Positions 52,591 to 61,726 of a DNA stretch of 64,000 nt are shown here, piece after piece; positions within the stretch are counted from its first letter, which is position 1, and each line of letters begins with the position of its first letter. The DNA comes from Candidatus Rokuibacteriota bacterium (GTDB lineage: Bacteria > Methylomirabilota > Methylomirabilia > Rokubacteriales > CSP1-6). The DNA lies in the NCBI GenBank assembly GCA_003220225.1, contig QHRU01000045.1, forward strand, positions 2,586 to 66,585. The letters run 5' to 3'. A model generated the notes under the pieces. The model had not been told where the DNA came from. It saw nothing but the letters and a program-made list of their open reading frames with translations, and ran no database searches. The position numbers and the translations under genes were made by a program.

Positions 52591-52953
52591 TTACAGTCGC
52601 TCGAGCGTCTCCACGGTGCGCTCGTTCTTCACGTCGCCCGTGTTGAGCGTGCCCTTCGGCTCGAGCAGGACCACGTGGACCTCGTCGGTGAGCGCCTTCG
52701 GGCAGTGCTCGACGCCGCGCGGCACGATGATGAGCTGACCCGGCCCCACCTCGCGGTCGCCGTCGCGCAATTGCATCCGCAGCCGCCCCGCGACGACCCA
52801 AAATAGCTCGTCCTCCGCGTCGTGGTGGTGCCAGACGAACTCCCCGCGCAGCTTCACCACCTTCACGTGCATGTCGTTGACGTCGCCGACGATCTTCGGC
52901 GACCAGGCGTCCGTGAACCGCCCGAACGTCTCGGCGAGATCCACCACGCGCAT
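52591..52953 (-). CDS. Cupin-domain protein
   Basis: 120 aa with the motifs HHHDAEDELFWVV and IIVPRGVEH. Confidence 0.7.
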   Translation of the reverse strand: MRVVDLAETFGRFTDAWSPKIVGDVNDMHVKVVKLRGEFVWHHHDAEDELFWVVAGRLRMQLRDGDREVGPGQLIIVPRGVEHCPKALTDEVHVVLLEPKGTLNTGDVKNERTVETLERL

Positions 52954-52986
52954 GGCGCACCTCCAAGCATCGAGTATAAGTAGTCA

Positions 52987-53808
52987 ATGGCCGACGCCGC
53001 CCCCGCCCCCGCCGAGCCCCGGCCGGCCGCCTCCGTGATCATTGTGCGCGACGCGCCGCCGGGGGCGCCCGAGCCGATCGAGGTCTACATGGTCCGCCGC
53101 CAGCGGAGCATGAAGTTCCTGGGCGGCTTCTACGCCTTCCCCGGCGGCAAGGTCGATCCCGGCGATGCCGCGTCCACCCTGCTCGCCGGGTGCCTTGGGC
53201 TCGACGCGGCGCGCGCCGCGCAGTGCTTCCCCGCGCACGGCGCGCTGCCGCCGCTGGCGTTCTGGGTCACGGCCGTGCGCGAGCTGCTGGAGGAGAGCGG
53301 CGTGCTGCTCGCCTGCGACGGCGGCGGCGGCGTCGTCGATCCGCGCGAGCCGCGCGTCGGCGCCCGGGCCGACGCCGCGCGACAGGCGCTCGTCGGGAAC
53401 GGCGCGGACTTCGGCGCGCTGCTCGCCGAGGCCGGCTGGCGGTGCGACCTGCGACCGCTCCGCTACCTCTCGCACTTCGTGACGCCGAAGACGAGCCCGA
53501 TCCGCTTCACCGCGCGCTTCTTCCTCTGCCGGCTGCCGCCGGGCCAGGCGCCGCGGCTCTACACGGAGGAGACGTCGGAGGGCTTCTGGATCCATCCGGG
53601 AGACGGCTACCGGCGCTTTCTCGCTCACGAGATGGCGATGGCGGAGCCCGCCGAGTACGGCCTCGCCTACATCGCGCAGTTCCGCTCGGTGAGCGAGCTG
53701 TGGGCGGCGTGTGACGACAACCGCGAGAAGTTCACGGGGGTCGTCGACCGCATCGAGTTCCAATTCTGGAAGGACTTCGACTGGAAGGCGGAGCGATGGA
53801 ATCGCTGA
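52987..53808 (+). CDS. NUDIX hydrolase
   Basis: Nudix-box-like REL(L)EESGV segment in AVRELLEESGVLLA. Confidence 0.65.
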   Translation: MADAAPAPAEPRPAASVIIVRDAPPGAPEPIEVYMVRRQRSMKFLGGFYAFPGGKVDPGDAASTLLAGCLGLDAARAAQCFPAHGALPPLAFWVTAVRELLEESGVLLACDGGGGVVDPREPRVGARADAARQALVGNGADFGALLAEAGWRCDLRPLRYLSHFVTPKTSPIRFTARFFLCRLPPGQAPRLYTEETSEGFWIHPGDGYRRFLAHEMAMAEPAEYGLAYIAQFRSVSELWAACDDNREKFTGVVDRIEFQFWKDFDWKAERWNR

Positions 53809-54245
53809 CGAGGTTTCGCGCCGTCGCGCTGACGGTGCCGTTCGCGCTCGCGCTCTGGCTGCTCATGTTCTTCGCCGCCGGCTACGGCCGTGGCATCTAC
53901 CTGCCCTTCGTCGTCTTCTACGCGCCGTTGCTGGTCGTCAGCTCGATCGGGTGGCTGACGTTCTTCGTCGCTCCCGCGCTGCATCTCGTGTACGCGGCGG
54001 TGGCGGACGTCGTCCGCGCCGGCGTGCTCTCCACGCGCTACCTGCTGGCGCTGGGGCTCGCGCACTACGCCGCCGTCGCCTACGTCGGGCTCGCCACCGC
54101 CGACGGCCGCGACGCCTTGTTCGACGCCGAACCCGTCCGCTGGCGCGCGGCCGGCGCCTGGGTCGCGCTCGGGCTCGCCCTCTTCATCGTCTGGCAGGTG
54201 GTGCTCGCGCGCGTCGTCCGGCGCCGCCCGCCGATGGTATCGTGA
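53796..54245 (+). CDS. Hypothetical membrane protein
   Basis: 149 aa with four hydrophobic helices. The gene overlaps both neighbours. Confidence 0.4.
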   Translation: MESLTRFRAVALTVPFALALWLLMFFAAGYGRGIYLPFVVFYAPLLVVSSIGWLTFFVAPALHLVYAAVADVVRAGVLSTRYLLALGLAHYAAVAYVGLATADGRDALFDAEPVRWRAAGAWVALGLALFIVWQVVLARVVRRRPPMVS

Positions 54246-54259
54246 CGGGCCACACGGCC

Positions 54260-55801
54260 ATGGCCAACGCGGTGCCCGCCTTCCTCGACGACCACGTCGC
54301 CGCCGGCGGCGGCGCGCGTCCCGCCGTGGTGACGGCCGACGGGCCGACCACGTATGGCGAGCTGCGGGCGCTGGCCTGCCGCACCGGCAACGCGCTGCGC
54401 GGCCTCGGCGTCGAGAGCGGACAGCGCGTGGCGCTGCTGCTGCCCGACGGCCTCGGGTGGACCGCGGTGTTCTTCGGCGCACTGCGGATCGGCGCCGTCG
54501 CCGTTCCGCTGAACACGCGGCTCGGCGCCGCCGACTGGGCGGCCATGCTCGCCGACAGCGCCGCGCGCGTGCTCGTCACCGATCCGGCGCTGCTGGCTGA
54601 CCTGGCGCCGAGGCTCGGCGACTTGCCGTGCCTCGCGCACGTGATCGTGGCGGGCGGGGGCGCGGCCACGGGTCTCGAGGCGTTGCAGGCGCGCGCGTCC
54701 GACGCGCTGCCGGCCGAGGCCGTCGACGGTGACGCCATGGCCTTCTGGCTCTACACGTCGGGCACGACCGGCGGGCCCAAGGCGGCCATCCACCGGCACC
54801 GCGACCTGCTCGCCTGCCGGCATTACGGGATCGACGTGCTGGGCGCGACCGAGGAGGATCGAACGTTCGCCACCTCCAAGCTCTTCTTCGCCTACGCCCT
54901 CGGCAACGCGCTGCTGGTCCCCCTCTTCGTCGGCGCCCGCACGTTTCTCGATCCGCGCTGGGCCGAGCCCGACGCCGTGGCGCGCAGCGTGACCGCGTTC
55001 CGGCCGACCCTGTTCTTCTCGGTGCCGACGTTCTATGCGCGGATGCTGCGCGCCGAGCTGCCGCCCGACACCTTCCGCTCGGTGCGCGCGTGCGTGTCGG
55101 CCGGCGAGCGCCTGCCGGTGGACGTGTACGAGAGCTGGCGAGCGCGTTTCGGCGTCGAGATCCTCGACGGGCTCGGCGCGACGGAGACGATCTTCATGGT
55201 GCTCTCCAACCGGCCCGGCGCCAGCCGCGGGGGCTCGGCGGGCAGGCCGGTGCCGGGCACCGAGGTGCTCCTGCTCGACGCCGAGGGCCGGGCGGTGCCC
55301 GACGGCACCGCGGGCGTGCTGCACGTCCGCACGCCGTCGGCGAGCCCCGGCTACTGGAACCACCCCGACCACACGCGCCGCACCTTCGTCGACGGCTGGT
55401 TCAGGACGGGCGACCTGCTCACGCGCGACGCCGACGGCTTCTATCATCACCAGGGCCGCGCGGACGACGTCTTCAAGGTGGCCGGGCAGTGGGTGACGCC
55501 GGCCGACGTCGAGCGCGTGCTGCTCGCGCACCCGGCCGTGGCCGAGGCCGCCGTCGTCGGCGCCGCCGAGTCGGGCGGGCTCGTCAAGCCGTTCGCGTTC
55601 GTCGTGGCCAGGAACGACGCGCGCGGCGAGCGGCTGGCAGACGAGCTGACGGCGCTCGCCGCCGAGCGGCTGCCGCCGCACCAGCGGCCGCGGCGCATCG
55701 CGCTGGTGGACGAGCTGCCGCGTACGGCCACGGGCAAGCTCCAGCGGTTCGTGCTGCGCGATCGCGTGGAGCGTACGTACCCCCAGGGGGGGCACAAGTG
55801 A
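54260..55801 (+). CDS. AMP-dependent synthetase / aryl-CoA ligase (benzoate-CoA ligase-like)
   Basis: AMP-binding motif YTSGTTGGPKA, with the C-terminal Lys in TATGKLQR. An alternative GTG start lies at 54242. Confidence 0.85.
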   Translation: MANAVPAFLDDHVAAGGGARPAVVTADGPTTYGELRALACRTGNALRGLGVESGQRVALLLPDGLGWTAVFFGALRIGAVAVPLNTRLGAADWAAMLADSAARVLVTDPALLADLAPRLGDLPCLAHVIVAGGGAATGLEALQARASDALPAEAVDGDAMAFWLYTSGTTGGPKAAIHRHRDLLACRHYGIDVLGATEEDRTFATSKLFFAYALGNALLVPLFVGARTFLDPRWAEPDAVARSVTAFRPTLFFSVPTFYARMLRAELPPDTFRSVRACVSAGERLPVDVYESWRARFGVEILDGLGATETIFMVLSNRPGASRGGSAGRPVPGTEVLLLDAEGRAVPDGTAGVLHVRTPSASPGYWNHPDHTRRTFVDGWFRTGDLLTRDADGFYHHQGRADDVFKVAGQWVTPADVERVLLAHPAVAEAAVVGAAESGGLVKPFAFVVARNDARGERLADELTALAAERLPPHQRPRRIALVDELPRTATGKLQRFVLRDRVERTYPQGGHK

Positions 55802-56226
55802 CGGTCCAGCACGCGACGACGATCCAGGTCCGCTGGAGCGACGTCGATCTCGCCGGCATCGCCTTCTACCCGCGCTTCTTCGAGTGGTACGACTTCGGCT
55901 GCGAGACGCTGTTCGCCGCGCTGGGGCTGGCCTGGCCGGAGGCGTTCCCGAAGTACGAGATCGTCGGCGTGCCGATCGTCGAATCGGGCTCGAGGTTCGC
56001 CTCCCCCGTCCGCTACGGCGACGTGCTCACCATCCGCTCCGCCGTCGCGTGGGTGAAAGCCACGACGTTCCGCATGGAGCACACGATTTCCGTCGGCGAG
56101 CGGCTCTGCGCCACGGGCTTCGAGGTCCGCGCCTGGGTGGCGCGGTCCCCGCTGCCGGGCGCGCGGCTGTCCGCCAAGCCGATTCCAGACGAGGTTGTCC
56201 GCAAGCTCAAGGGAGGATCCGCGTGA
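55798..56226 (+). CDS. 4HBT/hotdog-fold acyl-CoA thioesterase
   Basis: GTG start overlaps the ligase stop (GTGA). Hotdog-fold pattern. Confidence 0.7.
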   Translation: MTVQHATTIQVRWSDVDLAGIAFYPRFFEWYDFGCETLFAALGLAWPEAFPKYEIVGVPIVESGSRFASPVRYGDVLTIRSAVAWVKATTFRMEHTISVGERLCATGFEVRAWVARSPLPGARLSAKPIPDEVVRKLKGGSA

Positions 56227-56639
56227 AACCAGAAGTCGTCTTCACGAAGGCGGCGCCGAAGACGGGATTCTCGGAGGGCACGGAGTCGCCGATCGCGCAG
56301 GGCGTGAAGTGCGGCGACTTCGTCTTCGTGTCGGGGCAGGGCCCGCTCGATCCCGTCACCAGGCAGGTCGTCTCCGACGACCTCGCCGAGCAGACGCGCG
56401 TGACCCTCGACAACGTCACCAGGGTGCTCGAGGCCGCGGGCACCTCGCTGGCCAACGTCGTGAAGGTGGGCGTCTTCCTGCGCGACATGAGGGACTTCGA
56501 CACCTTCAACACGGTGTTCCGCGAGTACTTCAAGGGCGTGCAGCCGGCGCGCACCACGGTGGCAGTGCGAGGTGAGCGACGCCTCGGCGCGAGCCGAGCG
56601 GTGAAATCGTTCGGAGGGCGGCCCCGCGCAAGGGCGTGA
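56223..56639 (+). CDS. RidA/YjgF-family protein with aberrant C-terminus (3' end disrupted by a direct repeat; possible pseudogene)
   Basis: RidA motifs run up to PARTTVAV. The frame then enters repeat copy 1 and ends RGERRLGASRAVKSFGGRPRARA. The conserved C-terminus AAPRKGVNVEIDAIAV is encoded in the +2 frame at 56618-56665. Confidence 0.55.
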   Translation: MKPEVVFTKAAPKTGFSEGTESPIAQGVKCGDFVFVSGQGPLDPVTRQVVSDDLAEQTRVTLDNVTRVLEAAGTSLANVVKVGVFLRDMRDFDTFNTVFREYFKGVQPARTTVAVRGERRLGASRAVKSFGGRPRARA

Positions 56640-56731
56640 ACGTCGAGATCGACGCCATCGCCGTGATACCACATGGCAGTGCGAGGTGAGCGACGCCTCG
56701 GCGCGAGCCGAGCGGTGAAATGGCTCGGAGG
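56561..56731 (+). repeat. 57-bp direct repeat (2 mismatches) flanking a 57-bp segment
   Basis: Copy 1 is at 56561-56617 and copy 2 at 56675-56731. The sequence is ggcagtgcgaggtgagcgacgcctcggcgcgagccgagcggtgaaat[cgt/ggc]tcggagg. Confidence 0.85.
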
Positions 56732-56737
56732 ATAACT

Positions 56738-57571
56738 ATGGGGCTCGCCGGCGTCTACCTCTCCGTCCACACGCCCCGCTACTGCACCTACGACGCCGCG
56801 TTCGCGGGCAAGCTCGCGCATCCGAACTTCCAGGCGGTGCGCGACGGGATGGTGGCGCAGGGGCGGCACGTGGCCGCGCTCACGCCCGACGTCATCGTCA
56901 TCAACTCCTGCCACCTGGTCGCGACGTTTCCCACCGTCGTCGACGGCACGCCACGCCACGAGGGCGTGCTCACCGCGCAGGAGGCGCCGGAGCTGATCCA
57001 CGGCGTCGCCTACGATTTTCCCGGCGACTTCGAGCTGGCGGCCGCGATGATCGAGGGCGGCCGCGCGGCGGGCCTGCCGTGCACGCTCGCCAACGACGTG
57101 CACTACCCGCTCGACTACGGAACGGTCATGCCCCTCGTGTGTTACCTCGACCGGGCGCAGCGGATCGCGGCGGTGCCGGTGTCGGTGTGCCTCTCCGCCG
57201 ATCTGGGCGAGAGCTTCGCGTGGGGCCGGCACATCGCGCGCGCGGCGGCGGCGCTCGGGCGGCGCGCGGCGTTCGTGGCCAGCGGCAGCGTGTCGCACAA
57301 GCTCGTGCGCGGCCCCGAGCGCTGGCCGGGCGCGGCGGAACAGGAGCTCGATCACCGCCTCGCGCGGCTGCTCGCCGACGGGGACTACGACAAGGCCTGG
57401 GCGTGGCTGCCGGAGTACGCGGAGGCGGCCGAGCCCGAGATGGGCGGGCGTCACCTCGCGATGATGCTCGGCGCGCTGATCGAGACGGGCCGTCGGTTCG
57501 AGGCCACCGTGCACGCGTACGGTCCCTCGTCCGGCAGCGGCAACTACGTCATTTCGATGGCCGCGGCCTAG
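56738..57571 (+). CDS. Class III extradiol ring-cleavage dioxygenase (LigB family)
   Basis: The ATG at 56738 has a GGAGGA Shine-Dalgarno 6 nt upstream; an alternative ATG lies at 56720. The LigB-type His-containing core is present. Confidence 0.75.
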   Translation: MGLAGVYLSVHTPRYCTYDAAFAGKLAHPNFQAVRDGMVAQGRHVAALTPDVIVINSCHLVATFPTVVDGTPRHEGVLTAQEAPELIHGVAYDFPGDFELAAAMIEGGRAAGLPCTLANDVHYPLDYGTVMPLVCYLDRAQRIAAVPVSVCLSADLGESFAWGRHIARAAAALGRRAAFVASGSVSHKLVRGPERWPGAAEQELDHRLARLLADGDYDKAWAWLPEYAEAAEPEMGGRHLAMMLGALIETGRRFEATVHAYGPSSGSGNYVISMAAA

Positions 57572-57739
57572 CCGGATCACCCGCCGCGGTCACGACAGGC
57601 GCGGCCCGGCCGCGTGCCGGTCACCAGCCGGCTCTCGCCCGATATTCCGCGGGCGAGAGACCCTCTTGAAGAGCGCGCGAGAATTTACTATGTCGGGCTG
57701 GACACGACGCAACGACGCTCGCCCACGCCTCAACGATCG

Positions 57740-59407
57740 GAGACAACAATGCTCGCACTTCTCTTCTCGGCCATCGTGCTGCTGTCACTGACGCTCACCT
57801 CGACGGCGGCCTCCGCGCTGCCGACATGCGTCGAGCTCGGCAGCGATCCGGCGTTCGGTCTGGTCGGCAATCCCGACCTGAGCGGGGTGTCGACCAGTCT
57901 CGTTCCCGCCGCAGGGCCCAACGCGGCCTACTGTCAGATCAACATCACCGTCTCCAGCGAATCGGGCGAAGCCTTTGGATATTTGCCGGGCCAGTCGGAG
58001 CACATCAGGGTCCGCGTGGGACTTCCCCTCAGTCTCGCGGACGGCGGAACGGGCGGCGTGCAAGGAGCCTGGAACGGCAAACAGCGGGACCTGGGCGGCG
58101 GCGGCTATGTCGGCTCGGTCGGCGGTGTCACGGCTGCGACCAACCTCCGCTACGTCGGCACGTCGACCGACACAGGGCATTCCACCCCTGGAGGCTCGTT
58201 TGCGCTCAATCCCGACAACACGCTGAATTGGGGGCTGATCAAGGACTTCGCGCAAGACGGCATTCACGCGCAGCACGTCTGGGGCACGGCCATCGCCAAG
58301 ACGTATTACGGCAGCGCCCCGACCCGTCGATACTGGACGGGCTGCTCGACAGGTGGGCGGCAGGGTCATCAGCAGGCGCAGACGTTCCCGAAGGACTACG
58401 ACGGCATCCTCGCCGGCGCGCCGGCCTTCAACTGGGACCGCTTCATTCCCGCAGAGCTCTGGCCCCAGATCGTGATGTTCCAGGACCTCGGCGGCCCCAT
58501 CTCGACGGCCAAGCTCACGGCGGTGACCAACGCCGCCATCGCCGCCTGCGATGCCCTCGATGGCATCGTGGACGGGATCGTTCAAGATCCTCGTCGCTGC
58601 CATTACGATGCCACGGCGTTCGTCTGCACCGGCGCCGTGGGAGACCCGGCGAACTGCCTCACGCCGGCGGAAGCGGCGGCGGTCAACAAAATCTGGAACG
58701 GACCGGTGAACGCCAAGGGCGAGAAGATCTGGTTCGGGCTCGAGCGCGGCGCGTCACTGAGCGGCCTGGCGGGCACGAACCCGTTCTCGATCACCGTCGA
58801 CCACTTCCGATACTGGATCAAGCAGGATCCGACCTTCGACTGGCACACGGTGACGGAGGCCTCGTTCGTCAACGACTTTGCGACCTCCCAGGCCCTCTTC
58901 CACGACGCCATCGGCACCGACCAGGCGAACCTCCACGCGTTTCGCAGTGGCGGCGGCAAGATGATCATGTATCACGGGCTGTTCGACCAGCTGATCTTCC
59001 CGCGCGGCAGCTACGACTACTACAATCGCGCCGCCGAGAAGATGAAGGGGTCGGGCCCCAAGCCGACGTCCGCGGCGGGAGGTATGGCGGCTCTTCAGGA
59101 GTTCTACCGCTTCTTCCCGTATCCGAATAACGCCCATTGTGGCGGCGGCACGGGGCCGCAGATCGACACGAACGTGCTGTTCGACGCCCTGGTCAACTGG
59201 GTCGAGCACGGGATCGCGCCCGACTACGTCGTCGCCACACAGAATCTCGGCGGCGGCGCCGTCCGCACGCGCAAGATCTGCAAATATCCCGACGTGCTCG
59301 TGCGCAACGGCACCGGGAGCACGGACAATGAGGCCAGCTTCCACTGTGAGGTGCACCTGCAAGACGATCCGGCGCTTCTCGGAGCGGGTGTCCTGGGCAA
59401 GCCGTAG
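57740..59407 (+). CDS. Secreted tannase / feruloyl-esterase family hydrolase
   Basis: Signal peptide MLALLFSAIVLLSLTLTSTAASA. Motif YWTGCSTGGRQG. A GGAGA Shine-Dalgarno sits upstream. Confidence 0.8.
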   Translation, partial: ETTMLALLFSAIVLLSLTLTSTAASALPTCVELGSDPAFGLVGNPDLSGVSTSLVPAAGPNAAYCQINITVSSESGEAFGYLPGQSEHIRVRVGLPLSLADGGTGGVQGAWNGKQRDLGGGGYVGSVGGVTAATNLRYVGTSTDTGHSTPGGSFALNPDNTLNWGLIKDFAQDGIHAQHVWGTAIAKTYYGSAPTRRYWTGCSTGGRQGHQQAQTFPKDYDGILAGAPAFNWDRFIPAELWPQIVMFQDLGGPISTAKLTAVTNAAIAACDALDGIVDGIVQDPRRCHYDATAFVCTGAVGDPANCLTPAEAAAVNKIWNGPVNAKGEKIWFGLERGASLSGLAGTNPFSITVDHFRYWIKQDPTFDWHTVTEASFVNDFATSQALFHDAIGTDQANLHAFRSGGGKMIMYHGLFDQLIFPRGSYDYYNRAAEKMKGSGPKPTSAAGGMAALQEFYRFFPYPNNAHCGGGTGPQIDTNVLFDALVNWVEHGIAPDYVVATQNLGGGAVRTRKICKYPDVLVRNGTGSTDNEASFHCEVHLQDDPALLGAGVLGKP

Positions 59408-59610
59408 GCGCGAGTCGTCCTCGGACGGGCCTCTCGATCGACGGTGAGGTGCGCCACATGGCGCACCTCCACCCGCCCACCCGCGCTCATGCAGACCCGG
59501 GGCAGCGGCAACTCCGTCGTCTCGATGGCGTGCTAGAATCCCGGCGCCTGCCGGCCGCGAGCATCCGAACGACGCAGTGGCCCGGCATGAGACGGACCAA
59601 GGAGGTCACC

Positions 59611-60789
59611 GTGCGCCAACTGAGAATCGTCCTGGTTCTCTTGCTCATCGTCGGCCTGTTCGCGGGCCAGGCCGTCCTCGCCGCCGAGCCCGTCAAGATC
59701 GGGTTCATCACCTCGCTGTCGGGCCCGGCCGGCATCATCGGCAAGCACATGAAGGACTCGGTCGAGCTGGCGCTCGAGCACCTGGGCCGCAAGGTCGGCG
59801 GACTCGACGTCGAGGTCATCTACGGCGACGACCAGCGCAAGCCCGACGTCGGCAAGCAGCTCGCCGACGAGATGCTCAAGAAGCACAAGGTCAACTTCGT
59901 GAGCGGCATCATCTGGTCCAACGTCATGCTCGCGGTGGCGCCCACCGTGACGGGGGCGGGGACGATCATGGTCGGCACGAACGCCGGGCCGCACGAGCTC
60001 GCGGGCAAGATGTGCAGCGAGCTCTACTTCACGACGTCGTGGCAGAACGACCAGACGCCGGAGGCGATGGGCAAGTACATGCAGGACCAGGGCCTCACCG
60101 ACGTCTACGCCATGGCGCCCAATTACGCCGCGGGCAAGGACATGGTCAGCGGCTTCAAGCGCTACTTCAAAGGCCGCGTCGTGGATGAGGTCTACACCAA
60201 GCTCGGCCAGCAGGACTACCAGGCCGAGATCAGCCAGCTCCGCGGCAAGAACCCCAAGGCCGTGTTCGTGTTCTACCCGGGCGACATGGGCATCCAGTTC
60301 CTCAAGCAGTACGCCCAGGCCGGGCTGCGCGAGCAGATCCCGCTCTACTCGGTGTACACCGTCGACGAGATCTCGCTCCCCGCCGTCGGCGAGGCCGCGC
60401 TCGGCAACTACGAGACGCGCTACTGGAGCCCCGACCTCAAGAACGAGGCGAACGCGAAGTACGTGGGCGACTTCAAGAAGAAGTTCGGGTACACGCCCTC
60501 GTTCTACGGCGCCCAGAGCTACGACGGCATCCTCCTGATCGACTCCGCCGTGCGCGCCGTCAGGGGAGACCTCGGCAACAAGAAGGGGATGGTCGCGGCC
60601 ATGCGCAAGGCCGACTTCCGCTCGACGCGCGGCAAGTTCAGCTTCAACGTCAACCACACCCCGATCCAGAACTTCTACCTGTTGCGGGCGGTGAAGGGCG
60701 CGGGCGGGGACATGGAGATGCAGATCCAGAAGACCGTCTTCGAGAACCACAAGGACGCCTACTACCAAGAGTGTCCGATGAAGTGGTAG
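59611..60789 (+). CDS. ABC transporter substrate-binding protein (branched-chain amino acid LivJ/K family)
   Basis: The GTG start has an AAGGAGG Shine-Dalgarno 6 nt upstream and gives a clean signal peptide. An alternative ATG lies at 59587. Confidence 0.85.
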   Translation: MRQLRIVLVLLLIVGLFAGQAVLAAEPVKIGFITSLSGPAGIIGKHMKDSVELALEHLGRKVGGLDVEVIYGDDQRKPDVGKQLADEMLKKHKVNFVSGIIWSNVMLAVAPTVTGAGTIMVGTNAGPHELAGKMCSELYFTTSWQNDQTPEAMGKYMQDQGLTDVYAMAPNYAAGKDMVSGFKRYFKGRVVDEVYTKLGQQDYQAEISQLRGKNPKAVFVFYPGDMGIQFLKQYAQAGLREQIPLYSVYTVDEISLPAVGEAALGNYETRYWSPDLKNEANAKYVGDFKKKFGYTPSFYGAQSYDGILLIDSAVRAVRGDLGNKKGMVAAMRKADFRSTRGKFSFNVNHTPIQNFYLLRAVKGAGGDMEMQIQKTVFENHKDAYYQECPMKW

Positions 60790-60802
60790 GCGTACCGGCC
60801 CG

Positions 60803-61726
60803 TTGAACTGGCTTCTCGTCGTCGAGCAATGCCTCAACGGGCTGCAGTTCGGCGTGATGCTGTTCCTGATGGCGGCCGGGCTCACGCTGGTCTTCGGGAT
60901 CATGAACCTCGTCAACCTCGCGCACGGCTCGCTCTACATGGTCGGCGCCTACCTGGCCACCGCGGCCTTCAACCGGACCGGCTCGTTCCTGGCCGCGGTG
61001 GCGTTCGCGCTCGCGGCCACGCTGGCCATCGGCATGCTGGTGGAGGTGATCGCGCTCCGCACCCTCTACGAGCGCGATCACCTGGACCAGGTCCTCGCCA
61101 CCTTCGGCCTGATCCTCTTCTTCAACGAGGCCGTGGCCATCGTCTGGGGGCGCGCGGCGCTGTTCACCGCGGTGCCGCGCGCGCTGTCCGGCCACCTCCA
61201 GGTGCTGCCGGGCATCCCGTACCCCGCCTACCGCGCGGTCATCATCCTGGTGGGCCTGGCCGTCGCCCTGCTGCTGTACGTCGTGGTGAGCCGCACCCGG
61301 CTCGGCATGCTGATCCGCGCCGGCGCCAGCAACCGCACGATGGTGGGCGCGCTGGGCGTGAACATCCGCCTGCTCTACACGGTGGTCTTCGGCTTCGGCG
61401 CCGCGCTCGCCGCGCTCGGCGGCGCCATGGCCGGTCCGATCTACTCGGTGCTGCCGGGCATGGGCGAGGAGATCCTCATCCAGGTCTTCGTCGTCATCGT
61501 CATCGGCGGCATCGGCTCGATCCGCGGCGCGCTGGTGGGCGCGGTGGTCGTGGGCATGGTGGACACGCTCGGCCGGGCCTTCCTCAAGCCGATGCTGAGC
61601 ACCGTCCTCGGCCCCTCCGCCGCCGACAACGCGGGGCCGGCGCTCGCCTCGATGCTGATCTACATCCTGATGGCGGCCGTGCTCTTCTTCCGCCCCCAGG
61701 GGCTGTTCCCGGCCGTCCGCAGCTGA
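60803..61726 (+). CDS. Branched-chain amino acid ABC permease (LivH-like)
   Basis: 307 aa; polytopic. Confidence 0.85.
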   Translation: MNWLLVVEQCLNGLQFGVMLFLMAAGLTLVFGIMNLVNLAHGSLYMVGAYLATAAFNRTGSFLAAVAFALAATLAIGMLVEVIALRTLYERDHLDQVLATFGLILFFNEAVAIVWGRAALFTAVPRALSGHLQVLPGIPYPAYRAVIILVGLAVALLLYVVVSRTRLGMLIRAGASNRTMVGALGVNIRLLYTVVFGFGAALAALGGAMAGPIYSVLPGMGEEILIQVFVVIVIGGIGSIRGALVGAVVVGMVDTLGRAFLKPMLSTVLGPSAADNAGPALASMLIYILMAAVLFFRPQGLFPAVRS

